The position numbers were made by a program, and so were the translations under genes. Below are positions 48,580-57,523 of a stretch of 64,000 nucleotides of DNA, one piece after another. The notes below the pieces were generated by a model that worked only from the letters and a program-made list of their open reading frames with translations, did no database searches and was not told the DNA's origin. The stretch comes from Candidatus Latescibacterota bacterium (lineage in GTDB: Bacteria; Latescibacterota; UBA2968; UBA8231). The stretch lies in the NCBI GenBank assembly GCA_964291625.2, contig OZ220089.1, positions 128,001 to 192,000 on the forward strand, read 5' to 3'. Position 1 is the stretch's first letter. The number at the start of each line of letters is the position of its first letter.

Positions 48580-49550
48580 ATGACCATGAGAAAGACCCTA
48601 ACCATGGCGGTTCTGCTGCTGGCCTTCGGCTCGGCGCAGGCCCACATTCCCCCGGGCGTCGTCCTCGGCGTCTGGCAGTGGCCTTCGGATGCCCTGCCCA
48701 CCATGGACGGCGACATCGGCGAGTGGGAGGTCATACCCGACTACCTCTGGCTTACCCCGTCCACCCTGGACACCGACGGCAACGCCCTGTTCCACGCCGT
48801 TGCGGGCGATCACAAGGGCATGGACGGCACCGAGAATGACGCCTCCGACCTCACCATCCGCGTCGCCGTCGCCTGGAACGACGAGTTCGACCGCATGTAC
48901 TTCGCCCAGGAGCGCTTCGACGACGTGTACGACCGCGACGTGGCGGAGCCGCCCGGCGCGTGCGGCGGCGACGACAGCATCGAGGTCCACGTCGACGCCG
49001 ACCACAGCGGCGGCCTCCTCTACTACTCCGGCGACGACTTTCCCGACACCGACGACGGGCGGGCGGCACGGACGGCTGCCAACGGCCGGAATGCCCAGAT
49101 CGCCCACTTCCGCTTCCCGCCGATCGGAGAAGGGAACAACGCCTGGCACTGGCTGTGGGTGAGCGCCGCCACCTGGCACGACAGGGAGCCCTACTCCTGC
49201 TGCCCCGACTCCTACGACTTGGACGGTGAGCACGGCGGCACCGATGTGACCCTGACCGCCGAGTGGTGGTCGGTCTACTTCAACGCCCTGGACCACCAGT
49301 CGCCCGAGGAGAGCGTGATCGCCCCCTTGTCGGAGGGTCAGATCATCGGAATGGGCGTCGCCTTCTGCGACATCGACGGGGCCTCCAACGACGCGATGGC
49401 CACAACTCGGTCTGGCGGTCGGGCGGTCCCGGCGGCGCGAGGTGGTACGCTGACAGCGAGTTCGTCAGCGACTGGATCCTGCTGGAGGACATGATGACGG
49501 CCGTCGAGTCCAACAGTTGGGGGCACGTCAAGGCCAGCTTCCAGCAGTAA
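48580..49550 (+). CDS. Exported CBM9/DOMON-like protein, copy 2, with frameshift near 49394
   Basis: Highly similar to 47456..48394. The homologous C-terminus (GHNSVWRSGG..TAVESNSWGHVKASFQQ) lies in the frame of ORF 49263..49550. Confidence 0.75.
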
Positions 49551-49590
49551 GAGCGGCTGCCCCAGCCGCCGCTGGTATGGCGATATTCCA

Positions 49591-49625
49591 GGGGAGGCAG
49601 GCCCCCGCGGCCTGCCTCCCCTTTT
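49591..49625 (+). terminator. Intrinsic terminator, copy 2
   Basis: ggggaggcaggcc-5 nt-ggcctgcctcccc followed by tttt. Confidence 0.85.
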
Positions 49626-49670
49626 CTTGCGCCAGGACCTGAGCGACCACCCCGGGAAGGAATCGACTCG

Positions 49671-51132
49671 ATGGACAGCAAGGGCGCGAAGACCGCCGAC
49701 GAGAGCTCGGCTCCCGCCGCGCTCTGGCGCCGAGGAGCGGACCTGTGGGACGTCAAGGGCCACGTGGACCGTCCCGCGAAGCGGGTCCCCGTGGTCGAGG
49801 AGGTCGACGTTCTGGTCGCCGGGGGCGGCATCACCGGGATCATCGCCGCCCTGGCCGCGGGCCGGCTGGGGGCCCGGACCCTGGTGGTGGAACCCTTCGG
49901 CAGCCTGGGCGGCAACATGGGCCCCGGCATGTTCGCCGGTGGGTCCCTGCACCTGGCCCTGAAGAACCCGGAGGCCTTCCCCGACGGCCTCGGGGGCATC
50001 CCCCAGGAGTTCAACGAGCGGGTCGTCGACCACGAGGAGCGCCGCGTCGGCTCCGACTACCTGCGCGACAGCAAGACCGTGCCCTACGTGGCCACCCGGA
50101 TGCTCGAGGAGGCGGGAGTGGACATCCTTCTCTTCAGCGCCGTCGTCGACGTGGTGAAGGAGGGCGACCGGCTCACCGGCATCCTGGTGGAGAACAAGTC
50201 GGGCACCCTGGCGATCCGCTCCCGGGTCGCCGTGGACTGCACGGGCACGGCGGACGTGGCCGACCGCGCCGGCGCCCCCGTGGTCGAGCTGGAGGAGAAC
50301 CCCTCCATGGGCGTCTACTTCGGCATCATGGGAGTCGACGCGGAGCGGTGGGCGCGGGCCCGGGACAATTGCCCCGCCCTCTCGGCGGACGACGAAGCCT
50401 GGCTGGAGGAGCACCAGGTACCGCCGCAGCTCATGCCCTGGGCGCGCCAGGCCTGGGAGGCGGGGGACTTCCGGATCGTCCAGGTCGTCGACGGTTTCGC
50501 CACCCTCGAGATCACCCTCATGGAGCCCAAAGGGGATCCGCCGTCGGTCAACTTCCGGACCCGCGTCAACGGACGGTTCCATCCCGGCGACGGCCTCGCT
50601 CTCTCCCGGATCCAGCAGCAGCAGTGGTGCTTCATCTACGAGTTCGTCGAGTTCATGAACCGCTACGTCCCGGGGTACGAGGACGCCTACCTCTATGTCG
50701 TCTCGCCGTACTTCCAGGCCCGTGGCGGCAAGAGCATCGAGAGCGAGCGCGCCCTGACCATGGAGGACGTGGCCGCCGGAGACCCGCTTCGACGACGTGA
50801 TCTACACCTACTACGACGACAAGCGTTTCGTGGAGGGCGGCGTCGACGTCCCCTTCCGCATGCTGATCCCAAAAGGGGTGGACGGCCTCATCGCCTCCGG
50901 GCGCAGCGCCATGAAGCGCGGACCCCAGTTCCGCCAGCGCTACAGCGCCCAGCAGATGGGTCAGGTCGCCGGCACGGCGGCGGCCTTGGCCGCCCGCAAG
51001 GGCGTCTCCCCCCGCGACATGGACGTCCGCCTCCTGCAGGAGACGCTGCTGGCCGCCCGGCACCACATCGCCCCGCCGGAGCGGCTGCGGCAACTCGGCC
51101 TCACCCCGCCGGCTTCCGCGCAGGAGGGTTGA
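49671..51132 (+). CDS. FAD-dependent oxidoreductase (FAD_oxidored type) with +1 frameshift near 50778
   Basis: DVLVAGGGITG, VDCTGTADVA. C-terminus VPFRMLIPKGVDGLIASGR..MGQVAGTAAA is in the frame of ORF 50797..51132; deleting one G restores AAETRFDDVIY. Confidence 0.8.
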
Positions 51133-51133
51133 C

Positions 51134-52105
51134 TTGAGCAGCGAGCCCGGCGAACGCTTCTCCTTCATCCAGATCACCGACTGCCACCTGCTGGACACGC
51201 CGGACAGCCTGCTGCGTGGGCTCTGCCTGCACTTCACCCTGCAGCGGGTGCTGCAGCACATCGCCCGCCACGAAGCCGAAGGGGCGGACTTCATCCTCGG
51301 CACCGGCGACTACGTGAGCTTCCCCCTGGACCGGCCCTACCAGTGCTTCGCCGCCGCCATCCACCTGCGCCCCGCCGCCCCCTTCCCCGGCCCGCAGCGC
51401 CTTGACTTTCCGGGCATGGAGGGGATGCCCATGTACTTCGTCCCCGGCAACCACGACCAGAACGAGCCCTTCCTCCGCCACCTCTTCCCCGGATCGCCGG
51501 CTCCCGACTCTCTCGACTTCGCCTTCACCCACAAGGGGGTCCGGTTTCTCTGCCTCGACACGCCGAGGTTCGTCAACCGCCCCATCCCGCCGCCCCGGCG
51601 GGACCGCATGCCGGACTCCTCCGTGCGGCTGCTGGAAGAGGAGTGTGGCCGGCTACCGCGGGAGACGCCGATCATCGTCGTCATGCACCTGCCCGCCGCC
51701 CCGGTGGCGGAGATGCCCTGGGTGGAGGGGGAGATGCCCGAGGACATGGACCGCGTGTGGGAGCTCCTCGATGGGCGGAAGGTACTGGCCCTCCTGCACG
51801 GCCACATCCACGCCACCAAGGAGCGCGAGGTGGAGGGCGTGCCCGTCCTCGGTCTGCGCTCCACGGGGAACCAGTGGGCCGACGGGGACGTGCAGGTCCT
51901 GATCCCCACGACCCTGGCGCCGCACTTCCGCGTCGTCACCGTGGAGGAGGGCCGCCTGAGCCACCGAAACGTCGAGGTGGACACGACCTGGGGCAACGTC
52001 CGCCTCCAGCCCGGCCTGCCCCTGACGGAGCGCGCCTTCCTTGAAGAGGGCGGCCCCTCCGTGCGCCACCTCATCCACGGCGATCCGCCCACCAGGGAGT
52101 GGTGA
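51134..52105 (+). CDS. Icc/CpdA-like metallophosphoesterase
   Basis: QITDCHL, TGD, PGNHD, GHIH motifs. Confidence 0.85.
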   Translation: MSSEPGERFSFIQITDCHLLDTPDSLLRGLCLHFTLQRVLQHIARHEAEGADFILGTGDYVSFPLDRPYQCFAAAIHLRPAAPFPGPQRLDFPGMEGMPMYFVPGNHDQNEPFLRHLFPGSPAPDSLDFAFTHKGVRFLCLDTPRFVNRPIPPPRRDRMPDSSVRLLEEECGRLPRETPIIVVMHLPAAPVAEMPWVEGEMPEDMDRVWELLDGRKVLALLHGHIHATKEREVEGVPVLGLRSTGNQWADGDVQVLIPTTLAPHFRVVTVEEGRLSHRNVEVDTTWGNVRLQPGLPLTERAFLEEGGPSVRHLIHGDPPTREW

Positions 52106-53643
52106 TGGAGATCGGCTCCGGCCGCCGGGAGGTAGAGCCCCTGCACGTGGGCCGCGTCGAGCAGATGCTCGTGGACGACCACGTCGTGGAGGACGCCTGG
52201 GACCTGCGCCGCTGCCTCCATCAGCCGCTGCGCCACCCGGCGTGCCCCGTGCTCCTGGCCGACCGCCCCTGGGAGGACGGCATCCGCACCTGCAATGTGC
52301 TGCGAGACGAGCGGGACGGCCTCTACCATATGCTCTACCAGTCGGTCAACGTGGAGGCCTACCAGCGCTACATGAACTACTTCGGCCTCGAGCCCCATCC
52401 CTGGGACCGCGCCGCCCACGGCACGCCGAAGTACGTCTGCTACGCCCGCAGCACGGACGGGCTCAACTGGGAGAAGCCGGACCTGGAAGGGTTCCCCTGG
52501 CGGGACCACCCGCGGACGAACGTCGTCTTTCCGGGCGCGACCCGCGCCCAGTCGCCGGAGGTCGTATGGAACCCCGACCGCGGCGACGAGGAGCGCCGCC
52601 TGGTGATGCTCTACCGGGACACGATCGGCTACCCGGATCCGCAGCAGCGCGACGGACGCTGCCTCGCCTACTCCGCCGACGGCATCCACTGGACCCCGGA
52701 CGAGGCCAACCCCGTGACCCGGGGCGGCAGCGACGGCCAGAACCCGGTCTGCTGGGACCCCGAGACGAGCCAGTGGTTCTGCTTCTGCCGCCCCAAGGTG
52801 ATGGCCTTCGACGCCGCCGCCACTCCCCGTCCCTCGCGGGGCAACACCCGCCGGCGCATGGCGGTCATGACCAGCCCGGACCTGCGCTCCTGGTCCTTCC
52901 CCCGGAGCGCCATCGTCCCCGACGAGCTCGACATCAACACCTTCTGCGTCGAGGGGTCGGCGGCGGCCTTCAAGTGGGGCAGCCACTTCTTCTCCTTCGT
53001 GCCGATCTCCGACCATCACGGCTCGGGCCGCTGGCGGACCCAGCTGGCCTTCAGCGCCGACGGCTACCGCTGGAGCCGCCTGCCGGAACGCCCGGACTAC
53101 CTCGATCCGAGCCCCGAGGGCAGCTGGGACGAGCACGCCGCGGTTCCCGCCTGCCCGCCGGTGGAGATGGGGGACAACTGGCTCTTCTACTACATCGGGC
53201 AGCGGCAGCCCGCTCTGCGCCACGCCCATTCCTTCTCCCTCACCGCCGTGGGCGTCGCCGTCGTCCCCCGGGGACGCCTCGTGGGCCGCTTCGCCGGCGA
53301 CGACGACGGCTTCCTTCTGACACGGGAACTGCTCGTGGGGGGCCGCCACCTGGAGATCCACTGCGAGCGTGTCGTCGACCGGGACGGCCGGCCGCCCTGC
53401 GAGATCCGGGTCGGGCTGGCGCGGCGGTCGGGGGAAGCCGGGGACCACCGCGACGGCGGCTACCACGAGGGGTTCGCCCTGGAGGACTGCCTGCCCATGG
53501 GGATGACCAGTTCCGCCCTCCGGGTGCGCTGGCGCGGGGGGGACGACCTCGGAGCCCTTGTGGGCCAGCCGGCCTTCCTGCGCTTCCACCTGCGCAACGC
53601 CGGACTCTACAGCTTCCGCTTCACCGACGGCCAGGAGCCCTAG
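52105..53643 (+). CDS. Putative five-bladed beta-propeller glycoside hydrolase-like protein with C-terminal beta-sandwich
   Basis: Repeated S.DG..W Asp-box-like motifs (STDGLNWEKP, SADGIHW, SPDLRSWS, SADGYRW); C-terminal LRFHLRNAGLYSF. Confidence 0.65.
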   Translation: MEIGSGRREVEPLHVGRVEQMLVDDHVVEDAWDLRRCLHQPLRHPACPVLLADRPWEDGIRTCNVLRDERDGLYHMLYQSVNVEAYQRYMNYFGLEPHPWDRAAHGTPKYVCYARSTDGLNWEKPDLEGFPWRDHPRTNVVFPGATRAQSPEVVWNPDRGDEERRLVMLYRDTIGYPDPQQRDGRCLAYSADGIHWTPDEANPVTRGGSDGQNPVCWDPETSQWFCFCRPKVMAFDAAATPRPSRGNTRRRMAVMTSPDLRSWSFPRSAIVPDELDINTFCVEGSAAAFKWGSHFFSFVPISDHHGSGRWRTQLAFSADGYRWSRLPERPDYLDPSPEGSWDEHAAVPACPPVEMGDNWLFYYIGQRQPALRHAHSFSLTAVGVAVVPRGRLVGRFAGDDDGFLLTRELLVGGRHLEIHCERVVDRDGRPPCEIRVGLARRSGEAGDHRDGGYHEGFALEDCLPMGMTSSALRVRWRGGDDLGALVGQPAFLRFHLRNAGLYSFRFTDGQEP

Positions 53644-55592
53644 CCGTAGAAGATGATATTGCCCACCATGCCGGTGAAGTGATCGATGATCAGGTAGATC
53701 CCCCCCGGGACCACGAAGCCGAGGATGATGCCGAGGAAGAAGGGCCGGGTGCGCAGGTAGAGGCGCACGCCGCCGTAGCGCAGGACGATGACCTTCACCA
53801 GCCAGGCGAGGAACATGTTGAACCACAAGTGGTCCAGGATCCACACCGGCCCGACGACGTAGCCGATGGGGTGCAGGGGCCACCACAGGAAGACCGCCCG
53901 CGCCAGCATGAGGCCGCCCATGATGAGGCTTCCCGCACCGATGTGGAGCCAGGTCAGCAGCTGCGGCCCCGTGGGCGTGCGGATCATGCGCTCGGCGAAG
54001 TCGTATCCGCCGCCGTAGGGCCGGTAGAGATTGATCGCCCCCGAGGCGTGGCCCAACTCCATGATCGTCCACACCGCCCCGAAGAAGGCGATGGCCACGG
54101 CGGCCACCATGACCCAGAACAGGGGCCGCTTCGACGACGGCTCCATGTCGTCGCTGAGGCGTAGCGACTGGGCCGCCGAGGTCATGACGAAGTTGCGGCC
54201 CTCGGACCACCAGATGCAGAGGCCGAGGATCACCATGCTCGGCTCTCCCAGCCTCGCCGAGCCGATGAGGGAGGCCATGATCCCCGCCGGGACCACCGGA
54301 GGCGCTCCGTCGGAGAGCCCGCCCTCGGCGACGATGCGGGAGTAGCCCACGAGGAGGACCCCCACGAGGAAGACGAGGGCGACGCCGTAGATGACGGGCA
54401 GACCGGCGAGGGCCAGCCAGCCGACCATGACCAGGCAGCCGGCCACGAGGATGATGACGGCCGCCCGGTACGAGAGGATCTCGTCGCTGTCGTCGACCCC
54501 GGGATCGCCGTAGAGGGCCTTGCGGAAGACGGCCTTGAGGTGGGTCCGCCCCATCCACAGGCCTCCGAAGAACAGGGCCAGCATGCCGCCCATGGCCTGG
54601 TAGGCGAGGATCAGGTTGGGGACCGCGTGGCCCACGTCCTCGGTGGCCACCATGCCCGTCTCGGTGATCCCGATGCCGAGGCGGGCGAAGACCCCCCGGG
54701 CCACGAAGGAGAGGAGGTTGAAGAACCAGATGCTGAAGGCGATGTCCGTTTTGAGGAAGTAGAAGAACCCGAGGATATTGAAGCGCAGGAGGAAGTAGAG
54801 GTCGTGGACGCCGTCGAAGATGGGCAGGGTGAAGTGGATGGGGTCGACCCGGGTGGCCACGGCGACGATGCCGGGGAAGTAGTTGTAGAGCCCGTGGAGG
54901 GTGCCGTAGAGAGCCGGCACGGCGAAGCCGGCCCACATGACCGGGTCCTTGTAGAACCGCCCGAGCCTCCCCTTGTCGCCGTCCTCGCCGACCATGGCCA
55001 GGGGCACCTGCAGGAGGGGAAAGATAAGGCGCTCGTTCTCCACCCACTGGCGCCGCATGATCACCATGGAGGCGATCATGACCAGGAACAAGGCCCAGAG
55101 GAAGGGCTGCCAGGCGGCGAAGACGCGCAGCCAGGGACCCCACGGGATCTCCTGGCCCTGGGCTACGCCTTCGAAGAAGAGCTGCACCAGCTCGGGCGAG
55201 TGGGGCACGATCCAGTCGGGCAGGTGCGGCAGGACGATGTTGCGCCAGTCGTTCTCCGGCGTGGCGTAGTAGAAGGGGTAGGTCAGGGAGCAGATGAACT
55301 TGTAGACGAACAGGCGCGGCAGGGGCGAGGCCATGACGAGCATGACGTAGACGAGGAGCAGCTCGCCGCGCCGCAGACCCGCTCCCGGGGAGATCAGCTT
55401 GAGGGCGGGATTGACCAGCAGGGTGATGAGGAAGAGAACGAAGACGGCGCCGGGCATGCTCGTGCCCGTGGACATGAGGGAACCCTTCAGGTACAGGGCC
55501 CCGTACGCCGTGCCCGCCGAGACGATGAAGGCGCCGATGGAGCCGACGAGGAGGGCGCGAAGGGTGAAGATGCGTTCGGGCTGCTTCGGCAT
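53640..55592 (-). CDS. Large polytopic membrane protein (DUF6785/DUF6784-like, possible transporter)
   Basis: About 16 hydrophobic segments; YYATPENDW, QWVENERLIFPL, WWPLHPIGY, RYGG..Y..RPFFLG. Start at ATG 55592. Confidence 0.7.
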   Translation of the reverse strand: MPKQPERIFTLRALLVGSIGAFIVSAGTAYGALYLKGSLMSTGTSMPGAVFVLFLITLLVNPALKLISPGAGLRRGELLLVYVMLVMASPLPRLFVYKFICSLTYPFYYATPENDWRNIVLPHLPDWIVPHSPELVQLFFEGVAQGQEIPWGPWLRVFAAWQPFLWALFLVMIASMVIMRRQWVENERLIFPLLQVPLAMVGEDGDKGRLGRFYKDPVMWAGFAVPALYGTLHGLYNYFPGIVAVATRVDPIHFTLPIFDGVHDLYFLLRFNILGFFYFLKTDIAFSIWFFNLLSFVARGVFARLGIGITETGMVATEDVGHAVPNLILAYQAMGGMLALFFGGLWMGRTHLKAVFRKALYGDPGVDDSDEILSYRAAVIILVAGCLVMVGWLALAGLPVIYGVALVFLVGVLLVGYSRIVAEGGLSDGAPPVVPAGIMASLIGSARLGEPSMVILGLCIWWSEGRNFVMTSAAQSLRLSDDMEPSSKRPLFWVMVAAVAIAFFGAVWTIMELGHASGAINLYRPYGGGYDFAERMIRTPTGPQLLTWLHIGAGSLIMGGLMLARAVFLWWPLHPIGYVVGPVWILDHLWFNMFLAWLVKVIVLRYGGVRLYLRTRPFFLGIILGFVVPGGIYLIIDHFTGMVGNIIFYG

Positions 55593-55681
55593 GGGTCGTG
55601 GAGGCGGCTTTCTCGGGGGTTTTTCGAAGCCCGTGAATATAGACGGAATCCGCGTCTGGAGCCCGGGGGGGTGAGGCCTGA

Positions 55682-57467
55682 ATGAGGGCCTGCCTCGGGA
55701 TCCTCGTCCTGGCCCTCGTGCTGCGCCTCCTCCACGCCTGGCTGATGGCCTCGAGTCCCCTCTACGACGAGCCGGCGGTGGACGGAATGACCTACGTGGC
55801 CCACGCCCGGGAGCTGGCCGCCGGCGACTGGCTGGGCCGCGACAGGCCCGTCTTCTGGCAGCCGCCTCTCTACCCCTACGTGCTGGGCCTGGTGAAGCTC
55901 GCCTTCCCCGGACTCCTTCTATCACGCCGTCCGCTGGTTGCAGGCCCTGTGGGGGGCCCTCGCCTGCGGTCTCACCTGCCTGGTGGGGACCCGCCTGTTC
56001 TCAGCCAGGGTGGGTCTCGCCGCCGGACTGGCCGCCGCCCTCTGCGGCCCCCTGATCTACTTCGACGGCGAGATCCTGCCGGCCAGCCTGGCCACGGTCC
56101 TCGGCCTGTCGGGCCTGCTGCTGCTGCTGCGCGCCCGTGGGCGGGGCACACCGGCCGCCTTCCTCGGGGCGGGTCTCGTCTACGGACTGGCGGCGCTGGC
56201 CGTGCCCACGGTCCTCGGTTTCTGCCTCCTGGCGGCCGCCTGGATCGCCTGGAAGGGACCTTCGCGCCTCGGGGCGGCGCTCTTCCTCCTCGGCATCGCA
56301 GCGGCGCTCCTGCCCGTGGCCTGGCGCAACTACGCCGTCGGCGGCGAGCCGGTCCTCATCTCCTACAACTCGGGGGTCAACTTCCACATCGGCAACAGCG
56401 CCGACCACGAGCGCCTGGTGCGGATCCGCCCCGGGTGGGAGTGGGACGACCTCGTGGCCGAGCCGGTGGAGGCCGGCATCGAGGACAGGTCGGAGCGCTC
56501 CGCCTGGTTCTGGCGGCGCGCCCTGGGGTACATGCGCGCCGAGCCCCTGCACTATGCCGCCCTGCAGGCACGCAAGAGCCTGAGGCTCCTGAACGGCCAC
56601 GAGGAGGGCCGCAACCAGGGCATCTACTACTGGCGCCACCACTCCGGGGTCCTGGCGGCCACCCTCTGGAAGCGGGTCATCGCCTTCCCCTTCGGCGTCG
56701 TCGCCCCTCTCGCCGTCCTCGGCCTGGTCCTGGCCATCCACCGACGGGGCCTCGACCCGGCGACGCTCTTCGTCCTGGCCTACGCGGCCGCGGTGGTCGC
56801 CTTCTTCCCCACCTCCCGCTACAGGGCCCCCATGCTCCCCGTCCTGCTGGTGCTGGCGGCGCACGCGGGGTGGTGGCTGTGGGACCGCTTCCGCGAGGGC
56901 CGGTACCGGCCGGCGGTTCCGGCCGCCGGGGCGGTGGCCCTTGTCGGGCTGTTCAGCAACCTCGGCGCCGGCCCCATGGAGATGGCCGGCGACGCCGCCA
57001 TCCACTACAACATCGGCCAGGCCCACTCCCGCCAGGGCCGCGCCGCCGAGGCCGGGAAAGCCCTCACCCGCGCCGTGGAGCTGGACCCCGCCTACTGGCA
57101 GGCCTGGAACGACCTCGGCACGATCCAGGCTCAGCAGGGGGATGCCGCCGGAGCCGCCGTCATCTTCGAGCGCGTCACCCGGGCGCGCCCCGACCGCCCC
57201 GAGCCCTGGGTCAACCTCGCCCACTCCTGCAGGGCCCTCGGGCGGCTCGACGAAGCCGTCCCCGCCTACGAGCGAGCCTTGTCCGCCAGCGGTCACCTGC
57301 CAACCCTCTACGCCGGACTCATGCACCTGCACTTCGAGCGCGGCGACCCCGACGCGGCCCGGCGGGTCCTGGCGGAGGCCCTCGAGCACCGGCCGGACGA
57401 GCGGGAGAGACTGCTCCACATCTTCGCCCGCCTGCAGTCGCCGGCCGCCCCGGGCCGCCGCCGGTGA
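55682..57467 (+). CDS. GT-C fold (PMT/ArnT-like) membrane glycosyltransferase with C-terminal TPR repeats; +1 frameshift near 55910
   Basis: VDGMTY..FWQPPLYPYVLG, then continues in ORF 55938..57467 (RNY, SGVNFHIGN, SRYRAP, TPRs). Deleting one base gives AFPDSFYHAVRWLQAL. Confidence 0.75.
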
Positions 57468-57523
57468 CCGCTACCGTGAGCCGCGGCCTGGCACGTCAAC
57501 CCCCACCCCCTCCTGGAGCTCCC

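Noticed and set aside
51337-55143. 1268-aa minus-strand ORF, and similar long ORFs such as 12581..15097, 16744..18942 and 39623..42460
   Set aside because: Antisense or off-frame shadows of well-supported genes, as expected at this GC content.
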